This document shows positions 26,728 to 39,284 of a DNA stretch of 64,000 nt, one piece after another. Source of the DNA: Octopus bimaculoides (Eukaryota); assembly GCF_001194135.2 (NCBI RefSeq), contig NC_068981.1, forward strand, positions 102,470,767-102,534,766, read 5' to 3'. Both the position numbers and the translations under genes were made by a program. Numbering within the stretch: the first letter of the stretch is position 1; every line of letters starts with the position of its first letter. Below the pieces are notes generated by a model, which saw only the letters and a list, made by a program, of their open reading frames with translations, was not told the DNA's origin and searched no databases.

Positions 26728-26948
26728 AGGCGGCGAGCTGGCAGAAACGTTAGCATGCCGGGCGAAATGCTTACCGGTATTTCGTCTGCCGCTACGTTCT
26801 GAGTTCAAATTCCGCCGAAGTCAACTTTGCCTTTTATCCTTTTGGGGTCGATTAAATAAGTACCAGTTACGCACTGGGGTCGATGTAATCGACTTAATCC
26901 ATTTGTCTGTCCCCTCTGTGTGTAGCCCCTTGTGGGTAGTAAAGAAAT
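26728..26948 (+). mobile_element. tRNA-derived Meta-domain-type SINE, well preserved
   Basis: ggcggcgagctggcagaaacgttagc...gttctgagttcaaattcc (B box)...gccttttatccttttggggtcgattaaataagtaccag. Other copies ~11915-12060, 20735-20960, 21730-21940, 36290-36530, 45365-45570, 53815-54000, 55030-55250, 58600-58815, 58860-59060, 60260-60830. Confidence 0.85.
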
Positions 26949-27149
26949 GACATATATATGTACACACATGCACGCACATCTATCTCTCTCTCTCTCTATA
27001 TATATATATATACTATAATAATAATAAATAATTTGGACAAATAAGTATAAGTCAGTTAGTGTGTTTAAATATTGAGTAGAGCACTGGCACAGTTTAGGCT
27101 ATCTGTTGTCATCTACAGTCATGTTGAACCTACTCCAGGAACTCTGCAT

Positions 27150-27292
27150 AATATTAATTAACAGGAGATGGATTCGGTATTAAATCTTTATTGGGTACAA
27201 CATGTGTTTTGACCCATCAGTCTGGGTCTCCTGAGGTACATTGATAAAGAGACATAATTTAATACTAAATCCATCTCCCGTTAATTAATATT
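27150..27292 (-). repeat. 36-bp-arm inverted repeat enclosing a degenerate minus-strand hammerhead motif (27195-27239)
   Basis: Arms aatattaattaacaggagatggattcggtattaaat / atttaatactaaatccatctcccgttaattaatatt. Interior reverse complement: gtac-CTCAGGA-gaccca[gactga]tgggtc-AAAAC-acat-GTT-gtac. Confidence 0.6.
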
Positions 27293-27486
27293 TTATATTT
27301 TGTGGCTGAAATCTAAGTTCTTGGAAGTTTGATAAGCGAAAGACGTGAAACCGGTACTCCTAGTTTATTATATAATGTTGTAATAAAAATCTTTGTCTTT
27401 GTTTCATTATGATCTTGATAGCATAAATTTTACTATACAAACCTCCTGTACATTTTTACATATTTTTCTTTCTTAAATATATATAT

Positions 27487-27520
<34 letters not shown>

Positions 27521-27524
<4 letters not shown>

Positions 27525-27787
27525 GTGAAACTACCTCCCGCCATTAGATACAAACTACTATCGCCATTACATACAATCTTCTCATTTAAATATAAATAAA
27601 TGCGAGCGTAGTAGAGAACCCATTCCCTGTCCATCACGTGACTGATCATTATTCGAATCGGCAACTTCTTCGAACCGTTCCCGCCAGAACGCAAACTGAC
27701 CAATCACGGCCCCTGATAAGGTCACGTGATGGAGTAAAATTCTAAAGGCATTTGGAGCCCTCTTAACGCTATATATAGATCAACTCN
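27521..27787 (+). mobile_element. Probable LTR 5' (U3) segment, truncated by an assembly gap
   Basis: Starts abruptly with TGTAGTG after (TA)n; CpG-rich; two CACGTG boxes, CCAATCA and TATATATAG before the gap. No 3' end visible. Confidence 0.42.
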
Positions 27788-28560
27788 NNNNNNNNNNNNN
27801 NNNNNNNNNNNNNNNNNNNNNNNNNNNNNNNNNNNNNNNNNNNNNNNNNNNNNNNNNNNNNNNNNNNNNNNNNNNNNNNNNNNNNNNNNNNNNNNNNNNN
27901 NNNNNNNNNNNNNNNNNNNNNNNNNNNNNNNNNNNNNNNNNNNNNNNNNNNNNNNNNNNNNNNNNNNNNNNNNNNNNNNNNNNNNNNNNNNNNNNNNNNN
28001 NNNNNNNNNNNNNNNNNNNNNNNNNNNNNNNNNNNNNNNNNNNNNNNNNNNNNNNNNNNNNNNNNNNNNNNNNNNNNNNNNNNNNNNNNNNNNNNNNNNN
28101 NNNNNNNNNNNNNNNNNNNNNNNNNNNNNNNNNNNNNNNNNNNNNNNNNNNNNNNNNNNNNNNNNNNNNNNNNNNNNNNNNNNNNNNNNNNNNNNNNNNN
28201 NNNNNNNNNNNNNNNNNNNNNNNNNNNNNNNNNNNNNNNNNNNNNNNNNNNNNNNNNNNNNNNNNNNNNNNNNNNNNNNNNNNNNNNNNNNNNNNNNNNN
28301 NNNNNNNNNNNNNNNNNNNNNNNNNNNNNNNNNNNNNNNNNNNNNNNNNNNNNNNNNNNNNNNNNNNNNNNNNNNNNNNNNNNNNNNNNNNNNNNNNNNN
28401 NNNNNNNNNNNNNNNNNNNNNNNNNNNNNNNNNNNNNNNNNNNNNNNNNNNNNNNNNNNNNNNNNNNNNNNNNNNNNNNNNNNNNNNNNNNNNNNNNNNN
28501 NNNNNNNNNNNNNNNNNNNNNNNNNNNNNNNNNNNNNATATATATATATATATATATATA

Positions 28561-29527
28561 TTGAAGATGGGTAATATTCTTTATGTTGCATGTTTCATTT
28601 CTCTGTTTGTTTTTTTCGTTGTTCGAAAAAAAGTTCGTTTTCTGTCCTAGTCTTTAAGTTTTCATTTCTCATTGTGTTTAACGTTTTTTGTGATGTCCTG
28701 TACTCATATATGCTTGTATGTATACATATAGATGTCGGTATGTACATATATGTATGGATATATGCATATAATTATATATTATTTATGTTATTATATGATC
28801 GAACATTGCCTCCAAATAAGTTATCTTATATTTTCTACTGCGCATTCTACTATTATTACTGTCACTTCCCTGTCTCTATCTCCCTCCCTCTCTTGTTCTT
28901 CATCCTTTCTATTTTTCTCTCCCAACCCTCCCCGATACTTCTCTTCCTTTCACCGTTCTCTCTCTCACTTCTCCTCCTTGACCCTCTCGTCGCTGACACG
29001 TGACGAAAGGGATTCTTTCTTTCTACTTCCTGCCTAACTGCAGAAAAGACGTGAATTCTTTGTCTCTCTCATTCAAATCTAACTTCGCGTTCAAAAACTT
29101 AATAATTTTTCTATCGCCTTGGCCTAACAGTCCTTTAAGTTTGTTCTCACTGTCCTGTCTTGTTTTTACTGTCTTGTTCTCACTGTCCTGTTCTTACTGT
29201 CCTGTTCTTGTTTACACTTTCACCCACCGTGGGAAGAACTGCTCCGACGAAGTCGCGTATTGTCCTTGCCTTCGAAACGCGGAGTAGTTGGAGCAGGGAC
29301 AACTGAAGATGGGTAATATTCAATGTTGCATGTCTCATTTCTCTGTTTGTTTCTTTCGTTGTTCGAAAAAAAGTTCGTTTTCTGTCCTCGTCTTTATGTT
29401 TTCGTTTCTCATTGTGTTTAACGTTTTTTGTGATGTCCTGTACCCATAAATGCTTGTATGTATACATATAGATGTCGGTATGTGTATATATGTATGGAAA
29501 TATGCATATAATTATATATTACTTATG
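28561..29527 (+). mobile_element. Non-coding unit bounded by ~225-bp direct repeats (period 742 bp); Penelope-pLTR/retrozyme-like
   Basis: 28562-28788 ~ 29304-29527; TC-rich interior; hammerhead-like motif at 29237-29289 just before the second repeat. Related copies at 37632-38680 (-) and 51780-52110 (+). Confidence 0.65.
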
Positions 29528-29582
29528 CACGGCGGTGCAACAGCATGGCCACAGCTCTAAGCTGAAACTATAAACTATATAT

Positions 29583-30400
29583 TAGGGTAGGTCGATTTTG
29601 GAACTGTAATCTTGGACTAGTCTTGATAGAAAGGTACTAATGTATACAAAATGTTGCATTAACGCTTATTTATGGAAATTATTGTGTTTTAAAGATTCTC
29701 AGTTATTTTTAAGTTGTAAAATAGTACAATTTTATTCATAAAAATCCAAACATTGGACCTAGTTTAATAAAAATAACCAATTAAAATTTATCATTTTCAA
29801 CAAAACAATGCTTGGAACTTGTTTAAATGCTTTATAGATGTTTATTGATATATTATTTTGTACTCTCTAATGATATTTGCCTATGAAATGCTTATTAAAT
29901 TAAATTATTTTCAGATATTTCATAAAAATGGGTAGAAAAACGAAGTCAGCAGTATTAACTCGAAGTGATAGTGCTAAAACATTCGATGGTCAGCCTTCCC
30001 CTTTAGACAAAACAGGTTCTCCTACCCTCTGCCAAGTTATTCAGTATAGTTAGTTCCTCCAAAACAACCACCCAGACTCGAAAGACTATTATATTGCTAA
30101 AATAATAGCAGAGGATGTAATTGGAATCTGGCAGGCAGTGAACCCATGGCTGCCCCTGTATGAGGAATATTATGTAATTGGTGGATAAAGTATGCTTCAA
30201 GAAAGTAAAAGAGATAAACCGCAAATCTCTTTCCACAGTCAAGGAGCAGAATATAGAGGAAAAGCTGGATAAAATGTTTGACATTTCTGCTTGCATCCTG
30301 TAAACTACCTGTCGTCCTTGTGATGACAATGCTGTGAAGTTCAAGAAAGAAAATTCTGAAGCTCAGCACATAATCTGCATGTGTCCTCCCAGTAAGAAGG
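29583..30400 (+). mobile_element. DNA transposon 5' end with decayed transposase N-terminus (hATm-like; superfamily tentative)
   Basis: Terminus TAGGGTAGGTCG. Frame MGRKTKS...SPTLCQVIQYS*FLQ...IAKIIAEDVIGIWQAVNPWLP, then EEKLDKMFDISAC...CMCPPSKK|gtaaag. Confidence 0.6.
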
Positions 30401-30616
30401 TAAAGCTATCTTTCTAATTTTTAACTAATCTTACTGAGCTCGATTAGCTGCCTTTTAAACAGAAGAAAACCCCATGGATGTAATTGGAAAATATGCACAT
30501 TTTTCTCCTGTAATCTACCTCTACCCTCTGAAAAAAAAAAAAAAATCATTAATATTTTATATTTTACTAATTATATACACTTGCAGGGACGTAAACACAC
30601 CAGCAAGAAGCCTGTC

Positions 30617-30766
30617 GTATATATGTGTATGTATATATATGTGTTTGTTGTCTGTGTTTGTTCCCCCAACATTGGGGATGTAAACACACCAGCATCGGTT
30701 GCCAAGCAATGTTGGGGGGAACAAACACAGACAGACAAACACATATATATACATACACATATATAC
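30617..30766. repeat. ~58-bp-arm inverted duplication inside a CORE-SINE fragment
   Basis: gtatatatgtgtatgtatatatatgtgtttgttgtctgtgtttgttcccccaacattg / caatgttggggggaacaaacacagacagacaaacacatatatatacatacacatatatac. Confidence 0.85.
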
Positions 30767-31877
30767 ACTATGAATCATTTGATATTTAATATAATATTAT
30801 ATAATTTGTATACAATACTATAATAATATTATAATAAATTCATAGCGTCCCCCAATCCACTGCCTTCCTCCCAATGCCTCCTTTTTCTCTACTGGCCCCC
30901 AACCCACTTAGGCACTAGCACCCACCTGGACCATCTCAATGCCCACCAGGGGAGTGGTAGTGCCCACCTTGAGAACCTATGACTTAGGGGAACTTGGTTT
31001 TCCTGATGTTCATGTCAGCCCTTACAGCCTGTACAATGTTTACAGAGCATTGAGCAGCAGTCATGGTGTTGGCATTTTGACACTTAGTGTGTGTGTGTGT
31101 GTGTGACTTGCATTCTAGAAATCTTATAGTCTGGGCATTCATACCTTTGCTGAAACTAGTTGTTAGATTGAGAGATTGAAACTTCCAGTACTCATAATAA
31201 AATTTTAAAGCTTCAAATCTATTGAGTTCTCTCGTTTCTTTGGAACAGTCATACCCAGCATTCTATACTTACACACACACAGATACTCACACACAAATAT
31301 AATGAATCTCATCTCATCTAAGCAAAGCGTAACTCACTCACTGGAAGTGTTTATGCAATAATTATAAAACATAAATATATCTAAACCATAAATATATATT
31401 TAAAGTCGATCTAAAGTAAAGATATAAAACTGCTAAAACAGAAATCTCAAAATCAACAACATAAATAAAATATGTGTTCTACAGACTCACAGTTTCTTTC
31501 ATGACAAAACATTTGTTTCTGTGACAAATTTATTCCATCAAGTGGTGTTAGAAATACAATATTCCCTGTGGAGTATGAGACATTTTAGCAGTCATTTTGG
31601 CACCACCTATTTAGCTTTTCTGTTTCAATATTGATTCATTTGATATTACTTATTTTAACCCTTTAGCATCTAAACTGACCATATCCAGACTGAATATTCT
31701 ACCAGTTTTATAGTGAAACTGACCAGATAGCATTGTGCTGGTGGTTCACTATATTTTCACTTGATCAATTGATCAATTGCTTGTTTACACTTTTTCGTGA
31801 TCAGTGAATTTACGTCACTGGAAAAAGTATATATGTATTTGCATTGGAAGCCCTTCGCATTGAAGATCGGTGATTGT

Positions 31878-31922
31878 CGTACGCTGACGAAGGGTAAATA
31901 TCCAGAAACTCGAGTCCGTGCG
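31878..31922 (+). ncRNA. Near-canonical minimal type-I hammerhead ribozyme
   Basis: cgtacg-CTGACGA-a-ggg[taaata]tcc-a-GAAAC-tcga-GTC-cgtgcg: intact core, GUC cleavage triplet (cut after 31916), 6-bp stem I, palindromic stem III ACUCGAGU. Confidence 0.75.
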
Positions 31923-32104
31923 TATCGCGTCAGATCGGGGATGGGCAGGATGACTTCCATTTGCAAATACCGACAAGGCACAGAAAGTGTGTCAATAGGC
32001 AGCTGGAGGAGATGTTCTCCCGGGGCTAAAAGCAACAGTGACATTCACCCCTAGGGTTTAGCCACATTTAAATGGCAAATATACTTCACGTATGTATATA
32101 CTCT

Positions 32105-32455
32105 TTTGATTGTTTCAGCCATTTGACTGCAACCATGCTGGAGCACCGCCTTTAGTTCAGCAAATCGACCCCAGGGCTTATTGTCTGTAATCCTAGTACT
32201 TACTGTATCGCTCTGTTTTGCCGAACTGCTAAGCTACGGGGACGTAAACACACCAGCATCGGTCGCCAAGCGATGTTGGGTGAACAAACACATATATATA
32301 CATATACATATATACGACAGGCTTCTTTCTGTTTCCGTCTACCAAATCCACTCACAAGGCTTTGGTCAGCCTGAGGCCATAGTAGAAGACACTTGCCCAA
32401 GGTGCCATGCAGTGGGACTGAACCCGGAACCATGTGGTTCGTAAGCAAGCTATAT
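32105..32455 (-). mobile_element. CORE-type SINE followed by a long compound (TA)n array
   Basis: gtttcagccatttgactgcaaccatgctggagcacc...gggactgaacccggaaccatgtggttcgtaagcaagct. Other copies ~16600-16740, 47695-48300 (tandem partials), 49550-49780, 51120-51290, 61945-62110. Confidence 0.85.
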
Positions 32456-32663
32456 ATTTATATATATATATAAATATATATATATATAGATATAGATATA
32501 TATATATATGAATATATATATAAATATACATACATACATATATATTTATATATATGTATATATATATATATATATATATGCATATAAATATATATATAAA
32601 TATACATATATATATATATGTACACACATATATATATAAATATACATATATATATATATATAT

Positions 32664-32708
<45 letters not shown>

Positions 32709-32709
32709 T

Positions 32710-32766
<57 letters not shown>

Positions 32767-34049
32767 CATATATATACGAAGCATTGAAGCATCACCTTTG
32801 AACGTTGAAACTCACAGAGCAATGACGAGACCAAGACCTCTGGAGATATGCTGTGATTGAGAAGACCCAATAAGTAAAGTGAGATCACAGCTGTAGCCTA
32901 TGCCAGTGTTGCATAACTAGCCCATTTAAAAAGTACCTTTGAATTGTTGGGCGACACACTGGGCTTGAGGAGACCTATTGAGTCAAGTAAAATCAAAAAT
33001 CAAAATCACAATAAGAATCTCAGTCAAATCAAAATCAAAATGGAAATTGTAGTTGTGACCAATGCTAGTGCCGCCTGACTGGCTCCTGTGCTGGTGGCAG
33101 ATAAAAAGCTCCCGCTACACTCTTGGAGTGGTTAGCCATAGGAAGGTCATCCAGCCGTAGAAACATAGCCAGATCAGACTGGAGCCTGGTGCAGCCTCCT
33201 GGCTTGCCAGTCCCCAGTCAAAGCGTCCAACCCATGCCAGCATGGAAAACAGACGTTAAACAATGATGATGATGATGATATACATACACACACACACATA
33301 TATATATATGTGGAGGCGCAATGGCCCAGTGGTAAGGGCGTTGTGTGTGTTTATTGAGTGAAAACACATAAAAGCTCCACGAAGCTCTGGCAGCGGGTGG
33401 TGGCAACCCCTGTTGTACTCTTTCGCCGCAACTTTCTCTCACTCTTTCTTCCTGTTTCTTGAGTAATGCTGCGATGGACTGGCGTCCCGTCCTGCGGGGA
33501 GGAACACATACGCCATAGAAACCAGGGAATTGGGCCCATGAGCCTGGCTAGGCTTTAAAATGGCGCATAAAAGAAAATAATATATATATACACACACACA
33601 CACACACATATATATTTATATACATACATACATACATATATATATATACACACACACACATATATATAATATGTATATATACATACATAGACACACACAT
33701 GCACATACACACACACATATATATATTCGTGCACGTGAGAGGGAAGTGGAAGATGTGAGAATCCATGCTGATGAAGTGGTGAAGTGGAGATTTTGAAAGC
33801 TGGTGTTAGAGAAGTTGAAGTGGTGTTGTATAAATGGTAAATTGGAAGTGGGGATGACGATTTGAGTGATGTTGATATAATGTTGAAGGTGAGGGAAACA
33901 AAATAAGACAAAAATGAAAAATAAGAAGAGTAAGTGCTCCCAGATACCATAATAATTGATTGCAGAGGAAATTGCAGACATTATTTTCAGACTCTACTAG
34001 GTAACCATGGTGTCAGCAATGATAAGGGGAAGGAGAAGGTAAAAGAGGA

Positions 34050-35260
34050 GAAAGATTCAAATTAGAAACCACCGTCATGACCACCAACACCACCACCACC
34101 ACCGCTGCCGCTACCGCCACCACCATGGCCACNNNNNNNNNNNNNNNNNNNNNNNNNNNNNNNNNNNNNNNNNNNNNNNNNNNNNNNNNNNNNNNNNNNN
34201 NNNNNNNNNNNNNNNNNNNCACCACCGCCGCTGTCACCACCACTGCCACCATGACCACCATCGCCACCACCATGGCCACTGGCGCTGCCACCATCACCAC
34301 CACCGCCGATGCCACCACCGCCACTGCGTTGTTGTTGCCATTGTCCCCCTCCTCCTCACCATCATCATTAATTTTGTTGTCATCATCATCATCATCATCA
34401 ACTCCCAAATTATTGCCTCAATTTTCTTTAACATTGTCAGTGTCATCATCGTCATCATCATCATTATCATCATCCTCCTCATCATCATCTTGATAATGAA
34501 CTAGGGCATCTGCCCAACCTCACCCTAATAGACCTATAGCTCTCCATACAACCAGCAATACAACAACAACAATGATCCTTTGAGCACCATCACCACTACC
34601 GTCATCTCCCCACCATTAACCACCATCTCAACTGTTACTACTATTGCTGCTGTTGCTTCAACTACTACTACTACTACTACTACTAATGACACCTCCACAT
34701 TTCTGTCACCACCACCACCGCCACCACCACTCATACAACCACAATCTACTACTACCAATACCCTTAAATTACCACTATGTCCACTGCCATCACACCCTCA
34801 ACTGTGGCAACCGTGACCCACCACCACAACCTCCTACGCTACAACAGCAACAACAAAGAGAACCTTTAATACCACCACCTCTACAACCACCACAATTGCC
34901 ACTACCACCAGCACAATTAACAGCACAACCGCAATCACTTCCACTACAACCACCACCACCACCACAGAAGAAAAGAAAAGAAAGAATGAAGGAAAGAAGG
35001 AAGGAAGAAAGAAAGGAAGGAAGGAAAGTACAACTACCACCACCTCCCCCACAATCCCTGCCGCCACAACCAATTTCCCCACCACTGTGACCACCACAAC
35101 CCTCCCCACCTCCATGATCACCACAACCACGCCATCATAGCCAACACAACCACCTCTATAACCACAATAACCACTATGACCATTTCTACCACCACTACCA
35201 CAATAATCACCTCTCCCCCCACTCCACACACCTCCTTATATATTATCTTTCTACTTTCAC
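34050..35260. repeat. Compound trinucleotide low-complexity tract (CAC/CAA/CAT/TAC) with a (GAAA/GGAA) patch
   Basis: Visible directly; it generates the poly-T/P/S/V pseudo-ORFs. Confidence 0.9.
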
Positions 35261-36731
35261 TTTCTACACCAACCACTAGACCAATCTATGACAGAGGTGC
35301 AGCAGTATTGGTGAATTGTTGACCAGTTTTACAATAAGTTGCTCCTTAACACAAAATGGAAGATAATATATGGAGTAAACCTTTTGTCTGATCACATAAC
35401 AAATGTCTATTAGGATCTATAACCTTTCAAGTTTTCTTTACAACTGCTCTTTCTTCAATCACTTTCTCTCTTACTCTATCTTTTCTTCTTTTCTTTCTTA
35501 ACTTATTCTATTTTATTTTCCTTCCTTTTTATTTTGTTTTTCATTACTCCTTTCTTCTTTGTTTCATTCCTATCTTTTTTCTTCAGTTTTTATTCTTTTC
35601 TTCCTTCCTTCTTTCCTTTTGTCTTTCATTGATTTCATCAGTTACATATTTTGCTTTTTTTTCTTCACTTTCTTTTTTCTTTTGTCTTTTTCTTTCTTTT
35701 ATCTTTTTCTTTCTTTTCTAGTTTGTTTTCTTCCTTCTCTTAACTCTTTTCCTTTCATTGTTATTCCTTTCTTTTTTCTTCACTTTCTAATTCTTTCTTT
35801 CTACATTTTTCTTCCTTCCTTCAATGACTTTGTCTCTTTCTTTTTCCAAGTCTGAAGGAAGTAGCTAAATTTACATCTTAAACACTATGCTTATTCTTCA
35901 TGAAAAAAATAAATTTACCTGATCCTTACCAATTCACATGCCCTCTACAAATATCCATGTGCCACAGGGCAATGTTGCTCACATATCTGAAGTTAGGGTA
36001 CTGCAACATGCTTTTTAATATGATAGATCATGATATGAGGGAATTGTGACTACTATTCTTAGCTGGTCAATGTTATAATGTAGGAGCAAACAATGATATT
36101 GTGCACAGATAATAATGTATATTACTAGCAGATTTATAAAGTAAATGAGGTTGTCAAGGTGTGTGACAAGATAAATAAGCATAGGTAAACCTTGAACAAG
36201 ACACATGATGAACAAGTCCCTGCCTGTGCATCATTATTCGAATGAAAGGACTCAGATACTGAAGACCCACATATAGTAATAGAAACACTATTGAGGCAGC
36301 TAGCTGGCAGAAACGTTAGCACACCGGGCAAAATGCTTAGCGGTATTTCGTCTGCTGTTACATTCTGAGTTCAAATTCCGCTGAGGTCGATTTTGCCCTT
36401 TATCTTTTCGGGGGTCGATTAAATAAGTACCAGTTACGCACTGGGGTCAGTATAATCAACTTAATCCATTTGTCTGTCCTTGTTTGTCCCCTCTGTGTGT
36501 AACCCCTTGTGGGCAGTAAAGAAATAAGAAACACTCAATGAATAAGTCAATAACTGTTACTGAGTATCTGGTCAGCTCTGATCCAGCAGACTTTGAATCT
36601 TCCATCAATGATCATCCTGTATTATATTCAGGATTACATTTATTTAATAAGATCTTTATTTTAAGACTCACAAGTGTGATTTTAGAGTAATTTGCTTCTA
36701 ATTCATGTGTGTGTGCATGCGTGTATGTATA

Positions 36732-37616
36732 TGTGGTCTGATCAATAAGTATCTGGATTGTTGCTGTAGTAACGACACTAAAGCACACAGATTAAAGTTG
36801 CTTGGCACAGATTCGCCTTGAATTCTGTTGTACATGCATACTAAATTTTAACATTCTACCTCATATCCGCTATATACAGCAGTGTTTGAAAGGATGGTGT
36901 GTAGTGTGTGATCATCACATTGACTGTGGCAGAGAAAGTTGAACAGAAAATTTGAATTAAATCTTGCCAAAAGTTTGACGATACCTGCTCAGAGACCTAC
37001 ACAAGATTTTCAAAAAGTTTTCATTGTTCTTGACACAATCAAGGAGATTTTGTGCAACTGAAACCTGAGTGTCTTTTTGATCAGCTGAAAGCAGTTTTGG
37101 TACAAACTTGACAGACACACATCTCATATCCAAATCTTCAGTGATAATGGACTGAACAGAATCATAACTAATCTGCATATCCTCTGATAAATCATGGATG
37201 GTGATTTGATGATTTCCCATCACAGCTGTACACACATCTGCAATGTTTTTCTCAGTTCTGCTGGTTGTGGGTCTCCCAGAAGAGTTGTCTATATTGACAT
37301 TTTTCAGCCATCTTGGAAACGTCTGAACCACTCGTACACTTGTGTGCGGCTCATACACTCCTCTCTATGCATTTTCTACAACTTTGCATAAGCTTCTGAG
37401 GAAGTATCACCATGACAACTTACACTGTCGTGGTCAATGCAACAATCACACCTTCCTTCCAAGCACTGCTGTAAACAGCAGAAGTGAGCTAGAACGTTAA
37501 AACTTAGTACACATGCACAGCAGAGTTCAAGGTCAATCTTTGCCAAGTACCTTCACTAAGCGTGCTTTAGCTTTGTTACTATGGCAACAGTCCGGATACT
37601 TATTGATCAGACCTTA
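36732..37616. mobile_element. Mariner-derived non-autonomous element built from two inverted 5' ends
   Basis: TA-flanked TIRs ggtctgatcaataagtat(c/t)cgga. Minus-strand transposase N-terminus (SGRPTTSRT...ISYDSVQSIITEDLDMRCVSVKFVPKLLSADQK); the left arm carries a second start on the plus strand (AEKVEQKI*IKSCQK). Confidence 0.85.
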
Positions 37617-37631
37617 TATATATATATATAT

Positions 37632-38675
37632 AAACAAATGGTAAATGAATAAATGGTAAATGAGTATATGCATATATACGTACAGGTATGTGCATACCGA
37701 CATCCACCTGTATGTATAGGTGCATATCTGGGTACAGGACATGGCAAACAAAACAGAGACGAGAAAACACACAAGCCACATAGAGAACATTCTACTTCAT
37801 CAGCTACCTCCGTTTCAACACCGGCGTTTCNNNNNNNNNNNNNNNNNNNNNNNNNNNNNNNNNNNNNNNNNNNNNNNNNNNNNNNNNNNNNNNNNNNNNN
37901 NNNNNNNNNNNNNNNNNNNNNNNNNNNNNNNNNNNNNNNNNNNNNNNNNNNNNNNNNNNNNNNNNNNNNNNNNNNNNNNNNNNNNNNNNNNNNNAAACAA
38001 ACAGAAAAGGCTTTACGGCCAGACGAGAAAAATTGTTTGTGTGTGAACGCTGTGAGGCACGAACTTGAAAGTAGGGACGAAATGGTTCGTGTGTTTGCTC
38101 GGCGACAGCCAAGGAAGAAAAGCATTATTGACCGGAAGCATGTGACCATGCCGGTGTAAGGGGAAGAGAGAGAATGGCAAAGGGAGAGAAACAAAGGGAG
38201 GAAGTAGAAGAATAGGTGAGCAACGAGAGGAAAAGAGAAAGAGAGGAAGTACGAGGGGGAAAAAAGAGATACGTAGTAGTAACAGAGGAAGAACGAGAGG
38301 GGTAAAGCGAGATATGTAGTAGTAAAGAGGAAGAACGAGGGGAAGAGAGAGAGCGTGGTAGAGGGAGAAACAAAGGGAGGAAGTAGAGGAATAGGTGAGC
38401 AACGAAAGAGAAAGAGAGGAAGTACGAGGGGGAAAAAAGAGATACGTAGTAGTAACAGAGGAAGAACGAGAGGGGTAAAGTGAGATACGTAGTAGTAAAG
38501 AGGAAGAATGAGAGGGGGGAAAAATGATAGAGGAAGAGAAAGAGAAAGAGATAGAGTAGCGTCGGAAAATATGAAGTTACGAAAAACTACTTACAATTGG
38601 AGACGCTGCGATCAATCATGTAAAAACAAATGGTAAATGAGTATATGCATATATACGTACAGGTATGTGCATACC

Positions 38676-38680
<5 letters not shown>
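37632..38680 (-). mobile_element. Direct-repeat-bounded non-coding unit related to 28561-29527, with an internal ~175-bp tandem duplication
   Basis: aaatggtaaatgagtatatgcatatatacgtacaggtatgtgcataccgacat at 37651-37702 and 38628-38680; purine-rich unit duplicated ~38165-38340 / 38345-38515. Confidence 0.65.
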
Positions 38681-38746
<66 letters not shown>

Positions 38747-39056
38747 ATATCTCATCATCATCATCATTTAATGTTCATGTTTGATGTTGGCATAGGTTGG
38801 ATGATTCAACAGGAACTGATGTGTCCAAGTACTGGATCGAGCTCTGTCTGCTTTGGCATGATTTCTACAGCTGGATGCTCTTCCTAATGCTAATCACTTT
38901 ACAAAGTGTACTGGATGCTTTTCTCTTCAGGCCACCTGCATTGTTGTGGTTGTCACACAGTTTGCAGGACTATGATCTCTAGGGTGGGTGGGGGTAGGAC
39001 AGGCTTCATGCTAAGAGACAAAAGGATTACTAGGAAGGAAGTGGCGTAGAGCAAGT

Positions 39057-39089
<33 letters not shown>

Positions 39090-39199
39090 ATATATATATA
39101 TATACACATGCACACACACACATATATATATATACACATATATACATATACCTATATACATACACACACATATGTATATATACATATATATATATATAA

Positions 39200-39284
<85 letters not shown>

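Noticed and set aside
29303-29330. Second hammerhead starting at ctgaaga (also 51802, and 37800 on the minus strand)
   Set aside because: No downstream GAAA in any of the three copies.
30830-30985. C-rich segment ending gcccaccttgagaacc as a hAT MITE end
   Set aside because: No matching opposite TIR or TSD found.
34013-35229. Thr/Pro/Ser-rich 'mucin-like' ORFs
   Set aside because: Compound trinucleotide repeats, open in several frames on both strands, with no splice or codon evidence; the same applies to 10551-10936 and 63361-63567.
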